A stretch of DNA of 64,000 nucleotides from Zancudomyces culisetae HAW-14-8 (Eukaryota > Fungi > Kickxellomycota), in contig JBNJNM010000006.1 of assembly GCA_052426225.1 (NCBI GenBank), positions 992,001 through 1,056,000 of the forward strand. The letters run 5' to 3'. The notes below the pieces were generated by a model. It was not told where the DNA came from, did no database searches, and saw only the letters and a program-made list of their open reading frames with translations. Each line of letters opens with the position of its first letter. The stretch's first letter is position 1. Position numbers and translations under genes: made by a program. This document shows positions 42,501-53,919 of the stretch, one piece after another.

Positions 42501-44704
42501 TGAAGGAGAGTCTGGAGGAGTATTTATGGCAGGAACATGGAGTTAGGGTCACGGATGAAAGTGGAAATAGATATGAGAGTAGTCTGGGCCAGCAAGTCGA
42601 GGTAGTGATGATGCCATTGGCTGCAGATGGAATGGTTGAGGAGCGCGTGGAAAAGCTGATGGGGCAGCTGGTAATGGATAAGCGCGAGGAGATTTTGCTG
42701 GAGTATGGAGTGGAGATAAATAGTAGCAATTTGCGAGAAAAGATTTTGAGTACAAGTTTAAATTCAAATTCTAATTCAAATTCAAACCCCAGCTCTGTCC
42801 CTAAAACAAGCACAGACACAAACACAAACACAAACACGAATACAAAGACAGACACAGAGACAGACACAAAAACAAAAACAAGTGAAAAATCAAATCCAAG
42901 TTCAAATGTAAACCAGGCTCAATCGACTTCCACACCAATGCTACCTATAGACATAACCGTTCCAAATAAACTGGACCGCAAACGGCACCTCCAGAGCGCA
43001 GACATGGTCCTGGTTGCTGCACACTCACAGGGTACACCTGTTAGTGTGATACTACTTGAGCGGCTAATAGAAATTGGGCTAATTGAGCCGCGACGGCAGC
43101 GAGTTGGGTTGCTGGCGATGGCGGGGATTAGCCACGGACCATTTGCAGCGCTCAAGGATAATATTATTATTCGGTACATCGAGGCGGCGGCAGCGACACG
43201 GGAACTGTTCCAGTTTGGTGATCCAAGTAGCTACATTGTGGGGCAGTACATTATGGCACTGGGGGCAATTATGCAACGCGGAGTGCGAGTGATGTGTGTG
43301 GCCAGCTGGGCAGATGAAGTTGTGCCGTTTTATTCGGCGATTATGAGTGCAATATCGCATCCGAATTTGTACCGCGCTGTTTGTATAAAAGCATTCCACT
43401 CGATACATCCGTCACCAAAAGTTACAAAGAGGGGTGGAAATTTAGACGGAAAACAGACAAGAAATGAGGACAAGAGTAAAGATGGAAGTGGAAATGAAAG
43501 TGAAAGTGAAAGTGAGTATGAGTGTGAGTGTAGTGAATGGTGTGCGAATCAAGTGAGTGGTGATTCTGTTCATGGGAAGTGTTGTTTTGGATATGCCAAA
43601 AATAATTTCTTGATAGAATTGGTTCTTTTCTGCATCAAACTACGCAATTTCGGATTCAGTGATCTTGGGCTTTCTGTGTATTTGAGTGAATCAATGGCAG
43701 GGAATTTTTGGGGTAGTTCATCAACCAGCACACCAACACCAATTCAAACTTCCAAATCTTCTTCTACTTCTACTACCTCTGCTACTACTGCTGCTGCTGC
43801 TAATACCAATAATGCTAAAAGTACCGGTAACACCAGTACAGCCAGCGTTGCAAACGCAACTACCAATAGTACAAATGTAAATACACATACTAAATCTAAC
43901 AGCAAATCCGATGGTAGCAGGAAAAATACAAACACAACAACAGTCCAAGCCCAGACTGCTTCATCATCAAGGATTTCTAAAAAATCACCGAAAGCATTGT
44001 CTACCACAGTGATTGGTGGCGGAGGACATTCGTTCCCTTACGAAGAAAAAGATGTGTATAAACTGATGATTGACTGGTTACTGTATTCTACAACGACAAT
44101 GTCGCCTATTGTTCCGAACTTCACTACCCATAATCATAGTAACAACAACAACAACCATACAAACGCAAACTTAAATGTAAATATCAATGAAAGTGAAAAC
44201 GGAAGCGGAAACGGAAACGAGAATGAAGATGAAAACGAAAATGGTTCAAGTGGTTCACACGCTTGGTGTGCCTGCAGCAGCTACTACCCAGACCATTATC
44301 CAGAGTTAAAAGACTGGCTGTCATCGCTAGTGTCCAATATCGCATCCACCCTTTCTATCCACAACAATAATCACAACAACAGTGATAAGAACAGTGATAC
44401 TAATGACAGCGACAGCAATGACAGTGATGTGTCACACGAAAATCTCTACGGGGGTTACGACCAATCATATTCGACATCACCACACATTCTGTACCAGCCA
44501 ATCAATGCATACGAACCACTCAACCCATATTTCCTCCCATCGATTCTTGTCAGCCTGCTGACAAACCCGCAGATCAAGCAGCATCCAAGACTTGGGCCAG
44601 ATGTTACTAAGCTGGTGGATTTGTTCCGGACGTGGGTTCCACAAAACAAAGCAGAGAAGGAGCTGAAATACAAACTTGAGCCACTGAACTTGGTGTTGTT
44701 TTAG
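39551..44704 (+). CDS. YML020W-like alpha/beta-hydrolase-fold protein with long low-complexity N-terminus
   Basis: KIVILGVHGWFP...GEPTGKSERF, AAHSQGTPVS nucleophile elbow, AMAGISHGPF, DEVVPFYSA, GGGHS, NPYFLP. Confidence 0.82.
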   Translation: MPRLIGRKKRRGSMNLAKNVLIDFGTDKNTDSNVNTNLSSTVNTKASTETNTNTGTNTNTNNKSYSLTIENSSEANILYCDKAKNSNLNNKGNKARDNTQYPVVYNKRVHSKNNQLENLQTQPDIDGGVDFSAHSDLAKNLKLNLDLSASLNQPIITDSQEATSVKSQSGGILFNIASVSTDFSNPSSKTSIKDNEKIYNSSSEQVVVKFRNSQTIPELSFTESSSIDANNNALSDRGIECSNNTSEKISTSSSATTNATLKMIQPGNGNAGNEGVCAQEGKVQENQQHTEERPEETSRIGEPSLDQDTEGNTGIMIGKGKNQKNKTKKENKTPVYSFKRWIWGSNSEGSSNISSPQKEKAINIFKRQKLSVEAQETTIERQDSVDIPSSCGTEMSIANRGPSDNSNNEEAVVDAIKDTGEEVDTSKSITNIAQQGTQGLLEIEENHEREHKQEQEKQKINNSSGSGDFILNQNDKGKTKEGVEGAEKINKTASEKSIGIKELVEVETKAIQMEEQVTNTDSRNNSISYSVNERGGARDNEGEHGNEIGEGSGSEFEFERRSKYRSTTKWIWWKSKKEDQKVETEQYDYEQGRQEVEEEKHGQQIKVGTKRQLGIKQTVVRIHDGAETNNNEQGSLEEHNKTEGEALKVKDTGDVDDGDIKMMVDREEVQDQGKERESVLENTVDKPQDQEQQQQQQQQQDQVQDQNQGQDQDQGQEKEKEKEKEQQQDQEQGQEIGQGQEQGKEQQKEQVQELVQEQERKLEKGNKHGKEKEKESRDYKVGWREYISSFYYSSEKVEKSIDIQEREAGQKNKAGSTIEKRQEKQSERDGKGGEASENKLGMKSIVEPKLEYRRYRNEAGTSIMGSLWRRRNRSRSRSRNRGRNSNKDKNRKMSRDMGVDESRDTTEIDETTALLSSTDINSEDRAGFGAMDEFRSKENQKIHNTVVGMKKIVILGVHGWFPNKIVQFVAGEPTGKSERFCGRMKESLEEYLWQEHGVRVTDESGNRYESSLGQQVEVVMMPLAADGMVEERVEKLMGQLVMDKREEILLEYGVEINSSNLREKILSTSLNSNSNSNSNPSSVPKTSTDTNTNTNTNTKTDTETDTKTKTSEKSNPSSNVNQAQSTSTPMLPIDITVPNKLDRKRHLQSADMVLVAAHSQGTPVSVILLERLIEIGLIEPRRQRVGLLAMAGISHGPFAALKDNIIIRYIEAAAATRELFQFGDPSSYIVGQYIMALGAIMQRGVRVMCVASWADEVVPFYSAIMSAISHPNLYRAVCIKAFHSIHPSPKVTKRGGNLDGKQTRNEDKSKDGSGNESESESEYECECSEWCANQVSGDSVHGKCCFGYAKNNFLIELVLFCIKLRNFGFSDLGLSVYLSESMAGNFWGSSSTSTPTPIQTSKSSSTSTTSATTAAAANTNNAKSTGNTSTASVANATTNSTNVNTHTKSNSKSDGSRKNTNTTTVQAQTASSSRISKKSPKALSTTVIGGGGHSFPYEEKDVYKLMIDWLLYSTTTMSPIVPNFTTHNHSNNNNNHTNANLNVNINESENGSGNGNENEDENENGSSGSHAWCACSSYYPDHYPELKDWLSSLVSNIASTLSIHNNNHNNSDKNSDTNDSDSNDSDVSHENLYGGYDQSYSTSPHILYQPINAYEPLNPYFLPSILVSLLTNPQIKQHPRLGPDVTKLVDLFRTWVPQNKAEKELKYKLEPLNLVLF
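41605..41830 (+). repeat. Coding low-complexity Q/QD/QG/EK repeats
   Basis: CAA/CAG, CAAGAC, CAAGGG and GAGAAA iterations. Confidence 0.8.
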
Positions 44705-47115
44705 GGGGGCAACGCTTTGCGGCACACGGGGCATTCCAGCTTGATTTTCATCCATTCTGCCAAACACTCCGTGTGGAACACGTGATGGCACGGTGTAATC
44801 ATGAACATATGCGCTCTGAAGTACCGGCTTGCGCTGGTACCACTGGTTGTGGCCTCTCGCAGCTCCTTCATGTCCGCCATGCATATCGCACACACCCGGT
44901 TGTTGTTCGCAGTGTCAGGTTCGGTTTGGTCCGATCCAATCTGCTGCTCCTCGTCGTGCTGCTGTGTTGCTATTGAAAGAATTGCAGCTGCGTCGTGGTA
45001 ATTGTATGATTCGGGCAAGACAGCCTTTGGCACAAACACACGTGGTCCAAACCAGTCCTGAATGCTTAGCACTATGACCTGGATCGCAACATATCCAACC
45101 AACAGGCGGACCATTTTTGCTTGTGTCTCATCGATATAAAACACGTTATTTCTGCGTAGAAATATGTACATTGGGTAAACCAGTCTTAAAACACTTGCAC
45201 TGTACACAAAATCGTGGCGGATCGCTCGATTACTTCCTCTCGCCACATTGCGCACAATCTGTGGAATCCACAGTGAATATGTTACCAGCAACAGCATCCA
45301 CACTACCACCTTGCTAGCAACAGACTCGCGGGCTGTATAAAAGTACATTGTCACAACCCCTGCAAACATCATCAGATAGAACCCGCCATAGATCCCCTTC
45401 ATCCGCTGGCCTTCCCCAACCTCTCCCTCCTCCTGTGCCTGCTTGATCCGCGAAATGTATCGGAACCCAAAGATTGTTAGCGACACAAACTTGAAAAATA
45501 CTGCAGCCATTATACTTCCAAACTCTGCCAGGTTGGCCATTGCCATTATCATTCCAAGCATTCCGATGTAGCTGTCCTGTAACATGTACAAGAATATCGT
45601 AGCGTATGCCACTCTACTCAATGATGTTGGTGTTGACGTATATTCTATCTGCCTGATAAACATTATTATTTCTATTATTCCCATCTATTCCAATTGTTTA
45701 TTTATTTGTTTGTTTATTTTTTTTTTCTTGTATTTTTTTTTGTTTTATCTCTTTATCATAAATTTACTTACCACCATTGCCACATTTGCTATCCCTCTAA
45801 CTCGTTTGCTATATATGCTCTGTAACTCACCCTTCATGTATTTAACACTCTTCCTCGTTTCTTTCCTCTCATTGTCACCATCTTCCTGTAATAGTTCTTT
45901 CGAGTACATCATCACCCCCTCTCCTTTCCCATCTTCTTCTTCTTCTTCTTCTTCTTCATCTTTGCTCCTGTTCTGATTTTTGATGTAATATGAACATTCA
46001 GGACTGTATACCAGAAACCTCCACTTCATCCCCTGGGCTTCTATCGTTTTCATTCCTGTTGGATGCTCCAACTCTCGCTCCAATTCTTCCAACAGTTTTT
46101 TGGTACTCTCATCCCTCCCACCACCATCATGCTTATCGAATGAATATTTTTCAAGTTGTCCCATAATAAAATACGAACATTCATCTCTCTGTAAATCCTT
46201 CTTTTTAACGTCGCTAGTATTTGCCGTTTCTTTTCCCTTATTTTCCGTTTTCCCTGCCTCTTTTTTATTTTGGCCTACTTTTGCCTCTGGTAGCACACCG
46301 TCTCGTATTCCCAATAACGAGCTTGTTTGATTGTATACCCCCATGAGAACTGCCAAACTCTGGTTAAACCGACTTTCCGTCTCCATAATTTCCAACAATC
46401 GCACGAGATTCTCTATTTTCCGTTCAACTGTCATACCAAACACCGCCGCAGAACTAAACTTTGTTGAGATCCCGTACAACACCAACTGTCCAGCATCTGC
46501 AAAGTGAATCCCCTCTAACATCACTGTTTCCAGCTTGTCTCCCCGGTTTATCCGTGTATACCCCCCCACATAACTCGCTGCCGCACTTGAATCTGAATGT
46601 ATCTTTTTCCCAGAGTTCGCCACCCGTTTGTCCCTCAAAAACATACGGAGTCTTCCATTTTCACCTTCTGTATATCGGTATTTGGCCTGCTCCTTGCCCA
46701 AAGTTCCGTTATACCACACCGTCTTTTCCTCCAATTCACTTGCAACCCAAGGGCCTCTTATTATCCCACTGACATTGCGGTAATACAAATTATGCTGATC
46801 TTCAACTACCAACTCAACGCCACTACTCCTGTTTTCCAACATTGAGGCATTTTCTTTATCAAACGCGCTTAAATTGGACAGCACATTGTTTTTTTCTGTG
46901 GTTGGTTTCATTATCTGTCTATATTCATTTAATACCTTTTTTGGCCATAAATTAAATTTGGTGACGTTCTTGAACTGGAGATCTTTCAGTTCCGCCAAGA
47001 CTTTCTTGCGTGCCCGCTCACCCCTTTCGTTTCTGATCCTGTTTTCTTGTATCTCGCTAATCATGAGCCATACTATTATCAAGTACATAAAATTCCGGAA
47101 TAAATTCGCATCCAT
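44701..47115 (-). CDS. TUL1: Tul1/Dsc1-type transmembrane RING-H2 E3 ubiquitin ligase; intron 45685-45771
   Basis: YYRNVSGIIRGPW, LEGIHF, LERELEHPTG, YSPEC, RQIEYTSTPTSLSRV, SLWIPQIVRN, GPRVFVP, CAICM...TPCHHVFHTECLAEWMKIKLECPVCR. Confidence 0.92.
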
Positions 47116-50100
47116 TCTGGTCTATATTGCTATATTCTATTTCAAAAATTCTAGATCCCAAGGCTAGAAACAAAATGCATTAGTGTCGATTTTTATATTA
47201 CAATTGACGATTTTTCGTTTTTTCCAGGTCTAAACAGTGTTTCTTGGGTTGGTTTATAAAGTATATTGGCTATTTTTTTTTCGTATATTTTCCCAGCCTT
47301 TATATTCTCAAACAAATATTACAGGTAGAAACAATCCCAAACACATGGAGAATGATTAAATATCCCAATTCCAGAAATCCAAATTATTAGAAATTCATGT
47401 GCACATTTGTTTCTTACGTCCAATTTGCATAATTCCTGCTGTAGCTTAAAAGAAATTGAAAATTGAAAGAAACAATAAGAGATATGGATACACATTCGCA
47501 AAAGGTGTGAGTAGGCGAGTGGAAAAAACAGATGATCACCTCTACTGTTATGAACCCCTCCAATAGCTATATTTTCATTTCTTTACTTTTTTCCGGATTT
47601 CACGCCCCTTGGTAAACAATTTATTATTTAAACCTGATGGTTTATTACTTCAAATATCAAAATAATGGTGGCACTATTGAACCCTACTGGTAATATACAT
47701 CGTCCAATAACACTATATCTCAAGTTACCTAGCAAAAAGGCAAGCGAAAAAACATATCACGCTGGTTTACAATCAAACATCATCCATCTGAAATATGAGA
47801 CCATATTTACACGCATCACAACCGCATTTAGGGTCATGATTATCGACAAAGCAAGACTTGCTAATTTATTTGTTCATTTTTGTCTAAGGCTAAAAGCTAA
47901 ATACTTGTTTATTCAAAGCAATTTCAGTACTGAAGGACTCTGTCTGTGTTTTACTACCTTTTCCTTTTGATGTAACTTTTAAAGAATTACGAGATGTCCA
48001 CCGCTCATTTTATATCTTTTTGATACATTATTTGTTCTGTATATTAGACATAAATATTTTTGCAACCTAACCCAAAACTCATTAGCATCAAAGCATACTC
48101 AATAATGGTATTAAGTATAGACGTAATTTTCTTATTTTAAATTCCATATCTTAATGAAAAAAAAAATCTTATATATAATTATAGATTTTACATACTTCAC
48201 CTCTTTTGATGTTAATACCGATAAACAGTAAATTCTTGTATGTTCCAGTACCATCACACTTACATACATTATTGCTTTCAACTAAAAATCAGACCAAAAC
48301 ATTTAACTCATTCAAAGAAAAATGTCTTGAATATTCATTTGCCTTGGACACTGATTTTTTAGGTTAGTTATTATTTATACTGCCTTTTAAAAACTTGAAG
48401 ACAACACTATTCTTTTCAGTATCTACACAATGATTCTGCCACAACAAAGAGAGATTGTATTTTACATTAATCAGCAGCTAAACAACATTAACAGAACTAA
48501 CAATAATATTTTGTGATTAAATTGAATGTATTAGAATTTCAGGCAAAATTTGGAAAGCAGGCATATTGATCACCATTGAACATTATCTGTTTTTGCAGGA
48601 TCAAAGACAAAATCTCGCACTATTTGTATTTTACTTTAGTGTGAAAAGCACATAAAAGTCTAAGACGTTGAACTTTTAATCTATTAAACATGGAGTTTAC
48701 TTTTCTCACTAAATTATTACTCCGAAACAATAGAGAGACAAAACAAAAACACGGGTGGATTTTAGGAGGGAAGGGCGAACGTGAGTGTAGTGAGTGTATT
48801 CCCAACTCTGTAGAGCACAAGCGACTGAACGCCTATGTACACCATTTTTGTGTTTACAACTAAGTTGGCAGTCAATTTAAAATTCATATTTAAAAATGAG
48901 TGACTATAGTTTTGGGAGAATAAACTATAACACAAATACCCTTAACTCACATAACATCATCTCAGTTTTACAAGATATTTTCAAGTACCAGACAGAGCGT
49001 GACAACGAGTTGAAAAAAACAAAACTGTTCAAAATACTGATTACACTTGCTAACCTAAGACATGGGAATCACGGTAATGGGGTTTTCAGTCATGATTTTT
49101 TCTTTTTAGTTAAACACCATTACACTTTATCAATCAACTACAACAACGGGTAGAACCATACATTTGCAACTTTCAGCACCGCGGAAAAAGATAGTTGGTG
49201 GATTACAAATCGAAAAGATACAAGTCCAAAGTTATATCCACACCCATAATGATACTTGTATAGTTTGTACAAAAATTATCACAGTAAGTCAGGATATGCA
49301 GAGTCGGAAATACAAGCTGAACAGTCATGTTTCTCGCACTTGAATACTTCCAAACACTTTTATCTTTTTTTAGTGCTATTACAATAATACCACCAGCTCA
49401 GCTCAGCTCAGCAAAATGGCACACTCATTCAGTTTTGTTATAAAACAATGGTTTGTATGTAAAGATACTTAACTCAATGGTAGCAACTAAACATACTTCA
49501 GTATTATACTCAAATATGTTTTGGATATATTACATTTAGAAGCTGCTGAACCATACCGTCTGTGGCTATTTTTTAAAGAAAAACAACCACAAAATAGTCA
49601 AAAATACAATGCACAGAGTCCAAATACCATCCAGACTCATAATAGGTTTAATGTACTAGAAAATTATTGTAGAGGATATATTTTCTTGGTCTATTCAGCC
49701 ATGCGCAATGAACTAGCCCATTCAATCTGTCTGAAATTGGTATTCCACTCAAAAAGATTTAAAAACCACTTCAGTCGCTTTGCAATAAACCTTATTATCA
49801 TTGTTTATGGTTGCCAGAAAAAGCTTAATTTTGTACCATGTGGTGTTTACACTGTAAGCGTTATTATTTTATTTTGGAATACATAGTTCATACAGCATAT
49901 CCACATTTGCGTCTGTTAGAAGGAAAATAGTATTGGATATAATAACGATGTTTGGCTGCAAAAACGAGGCGGGCTGACCAAGAACAGAACCACCATATCA
50001 TAGCCCTTAATCATATTTTTGTTTCTAGAATAAAAATAGTTATTTTGTATTTAAAAAAATACGCTCGTAGGAATTCTCACAATGCTTAAAGAAACCAGCT

Positions 50101-51047
50101 ACCAGAATTTTAACCTGGTTGGCGTGTCTGGTTTTTATCTTTAAAATGGCTATTTTCTTTACTAACTCAACTTATGGCTAACAGTTAACACTGCACTAAA
50201 CCAATACCCAAAAAAGTCAGTTGTATAATATTATTGTGAGCTGAATTTTCTTTTTGGTTATGAGTAATTATATTTCAGCGTTCCTAGAACAGCCTTAATA
50301 CTGTTTCTGTATCTCTAACAAATAAAATCAAAAGTACAGGGATACTTTAACTTTAATAATAATATGCTGTACTTTTGCGTATTTCATAGTTTGTATAAAC
50401 CTAATTGATAGATTCGTGGTTTTAGAAGACATAATAAATCGAATACAACCTTGAAATTTTAGCAGTAAAACGTGGGCGCTATCAACCCCGACACGCTCAA
50501 AACTACTCCTTGCACTGTAGCCAGTGTATTCTCTCCCTCCTTTTTTTTTTGTAGCCTTTTCGAGGCCTAGCTAGTATCTTATCGATACCCAAAATCGATT
50601 GGTGCTTGTTCGTTCAAGTATAATGGTTTTGGTGGAGGGAAATACTCAGAGTAATGTGGTTTTAGCTGTGGTACAAAATAAAAACATTGTACAAACACCG
50701 GAGTGTGGAGATAGATTTATTCAAATAATCTAGATGTATGAATATATTTAAGATGTGTTATTATTGCAAGAACCAGACGTGCTTCAATATGGCAGTATGG
50801 TATTTCTGTTCTTCTGAACCACAATGGCAATATGCAAGGTACCTTCCAATAACGATTTTACTCGGGTATATATTGTGTATTAGTGTAATAACACTGTGAA
50901 TTGTGGAATTAACTCACTTCTCTGACAAAAGTATATAAGAGCAAGGTTTTTTCAAACATAGTTTAAAAACCACAAAACAGTATTCCAACAGGGAAAAAAA
51001 CAAATAAATCAAAACGACCCAAAAAATATAAAACCAGAAAAGCCAAA

Positions 51048-51605
51048 ATGCTCAAATCAGTTTTAGTCAGTGCCTTGCTTCTTGGCTCAACCCTGGCCAA
51101 CCCAGCAAACAACTGTGGCGCCCAACAGAAATATAACAACGATCTTGCCAATACTGAAAATAAAGATAATATTGTTGGTTCTAAATACAACGATCTGACT
51201 GGTTTTAAATACAACGATCTGACTGATGCTGAATACAATGAACTTGCTGATTCTGAATATGACGAACTTGCTGATTCTGAGTTCAATGACATGCATCGTT
51301 GTTGCAGGCGCATGAAAACCACTGTTAGATTGTACAAGTCTCCCAGATTTCGTAGAAGATATGCTAAGCGCAGTATCAGAGTTGGAAAGTGCTACAATAC
51401 AAGAAAGTTCGGATCAATCAAGCTTGGAAGAAAAAGTGGATTGGAGACGCCAGGAAAGGGAGTAATTGTGGTTTGTTCAGGAAAGGATTGTACCGGTGCA
51501 TGCCAGGTAGTCCGTAGATCATCATCCAAGACCATCAGAAATATACCTAAGGTTTTAGGAAGAAGAGCCATTTCATTTGCTTGGCTCATGGTTAGAAGAA
51601 CCTAA
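51048..51605 (+). CDS. Secreted protein: signal peptide, acidic 8-aa repeat region, cationic Cys-containing C-terminal domain
   Basis: MLKSVLVSALLLGSTLA signal; TATATAAG at 50932; A-rich leader; intronless. Confidence 0.82.
   Translation: MLKSVLVSALLLGSTLANPANNCGAQQKYNNDLANTENKDNIVGSKYNDLTGFKYNDLTDAEYNELADSEYDELADSEFNDMHRCCRRMKTTVRLYKSPRFRRRYAKRSIRVGKCYNTRKFGSIKLGRKSGLETPGKGVIVVCSGKDCTGACQVVRRSSSKTIRNIPKVLGRRAISFAWLMVRRT
51183..51290 (+). repeat. 24-bp coding tandem repeat, consensus (K/E)YN(D/E)Lxxx
   Basis: KYNDLTGF KYNDLTDA EYNELADS EYDELADS EFND. Confidence 0.85.
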
Positions 51606-51873
51606 TTTGTAGGTTCTAGGATTTTAACTTTTTAGACAGTGTATTAGTCATAGATTTTTAGCAGTTGTTACAGTTTTTGAATTGAAAACACTTGAAAGTG
51701 GGCTTGAAATAAAATCACTTTATAATCAACTGCGGTTAGGATACAATAAGAAAAGTTCAAGGTGTAGATAAATAAATAAACTACATTTTTAAAAAAGATT
51801 GACTGTAATAATTGCAATATAAACATTAGTACTAGCAAAAAATAAAGTCAGGCTAGTATTCTTTGGATGAAAT

Positions 51874-52180
51874 TTAGAATAGACCTGTGATGGCTCCAGT
51901 TTCACAGTCAATATCAATATCATAGAAACAAGGTCTGGTGGGTAGACCTGGCATGGTTTGAATGTCTCCGCACAAAGGATAAACAAATCCAGCACCACTA
52001 CTTATGCGCACATCTCTGATAAACAGGTCGAAATCAGATGGAGCATTCTTGAGCTTTGGATCAGCTGAAAATGAGTATTGAGTCTTGGCCATACAGATAG
52101 GCAGGTGGCCGCTGTTGAGCTGATGCTCATAGATATCTAGTTTTTGAGGCCTACTTCTTGGGAAGATTCAATAGAGACAT
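51874..52180 (-). pseudogene. Orphan 3' fragment of formate-tetrahydrofolate ligase / C1-THF synthase (ADE3/MIS1-like)
   Basis: [18 protein letters not shown]...[30 protein letters not shown]...ITGLF is the FTHFS C-terminus; no upstream exons seen. Confidence 0.85.
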
Positions 52181-53919
52181 GATAAATTAATTGCAAAAGA
52201 AATAGTTTTATATTTGAATAAGGATAGAGTCTGATTAAGTTATTGTGTTGACATTAATAAAACTACTGGTTTTAATGAATCTGTTTATTTCGCTGGTACA
52301 CTCAATTAAAGATAAAAGTTATGCAGAGGTAGCTAAAATCTATAAACACACACCACAGCTACTTAAGGTATATTTTACTTAATACAATAAAATGTATGCA
52401 CACCAACATATTCGATGTTCAAAATCCAATTGTCAGATTAATATGGCCAATAAAAAAATAAGATTTTTTGGTCTAACTTGATCTTTGCGAGAAACCGTAT
52501 AAAATATAGAAAATTGGACAAAAAGTTCTAACCAGACCAACAATGGATATAATAATTACAATCATACGACCTCGTTTTACAACGTTAGAAGTATTGATGT
52601 GAATACCCTGTATAAAAGAGCACTGGATGACAATTTTACTTGGATCAAGCAGACTTAAGTATGAATGAAAATTTTATCTTTATTTAATATTAACAATAAT
52701 TTCACCTACCAGAATGCAATTATGTGAGTACCATTTTATGTCTCTAATAGAATATTTAACTAATTACTCGTTTTTTGACCATCTTACCATAGCAATACTA
52801 GGTTGTTAAAACTGGGTATACAGATTTAAAAACTGTATACAAACCGATATTCATTTTTTTTGTTTTTTTTCCAATATTTGAACTAGGCTGGGCATAATTG
52901 TATCTGTGTGTTTGCATAACAATACCAGATTTTAACTTTATTCGATTAAATATATTTCCATTTCAAAAATATTTACTTGGGTAACATTCGCCTATAAATA
53001 GTACAACTTGACCAAATAAAAACAGCGCTAGTATTTATACTCCAATCCATACCAGTATATTCTTGGTTCGACGCCAATATTGTTACTTTGAGCTTGACGC
53101 ATAGTTATTCGAACTGAACAATCTAGATTTTCTGCTACTAGTTTTTCCAGATTCTTAATCTAGTTAATTCATCTACTCTTTTCAAGGTCAATTGTACCTG
53201 TCAAATAAAAAATTCAACTATATAACTCGGCTTGTGAAAACATCAATCTAAACGTATTTTTTAGTCTCATAAAATTAAGCTTCACAAGAATTACTACTCC
53301 AAGGGAAATGTTTTACAACACCCTGCATCTCACTCGTTTTTCTAAAGATATGACAACTACACGAAAATTGTAGTATTCGCCTTATCTAAATTTATATTTA
53401 TTACGAACCAACTCATATATATGAATACCTGAAATAGTGGATTCATTGAACTACTTTAGAAGCAGGTTGAAAAAGAAGAATATAAAGCTAGTATCAAATA
53501 ATATTAGATATGTTCACAAATCAACATTTCCATATCTTACTATACTAAATTTGATAGTGTTGATTATTGATTTAATAAAGATAAGGATTGAAGGTTTTGT
53601 GTGATAAAGATTTACACTTCGCTTAGTACCAGAAAGTTTAAAGTAATATTTAAATCATTCTGAGCAAAAGAAATACTTCTTTTCTCCAAATGACACAACA
53701 ATATAGCAATAGGCAAAACCCTGTAGGAAAATCGAGTAAATGAAATACCTGTACACAAAATTATTAACTCGTAATGCGTTTATTTACTATTTGTGCGAAT
53801 ATATACATGCATTCTAAAAAAAGGGAGCATATGATCGAAAAAAAGCAAAACTCATTAATTCTAATTTAAACAGTGTCGATTACTTGGTTGCTATCACCAC
53901 CATAACCACTTTTTTCAGC

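Noticed and set aside
40310-44007. Hydrophobic antisense ORFs (poly-L/V/F) opposite the 1717-aa gene
   Set aside because: Reverse-complement products of low-complexity purine-rich coding repeats.
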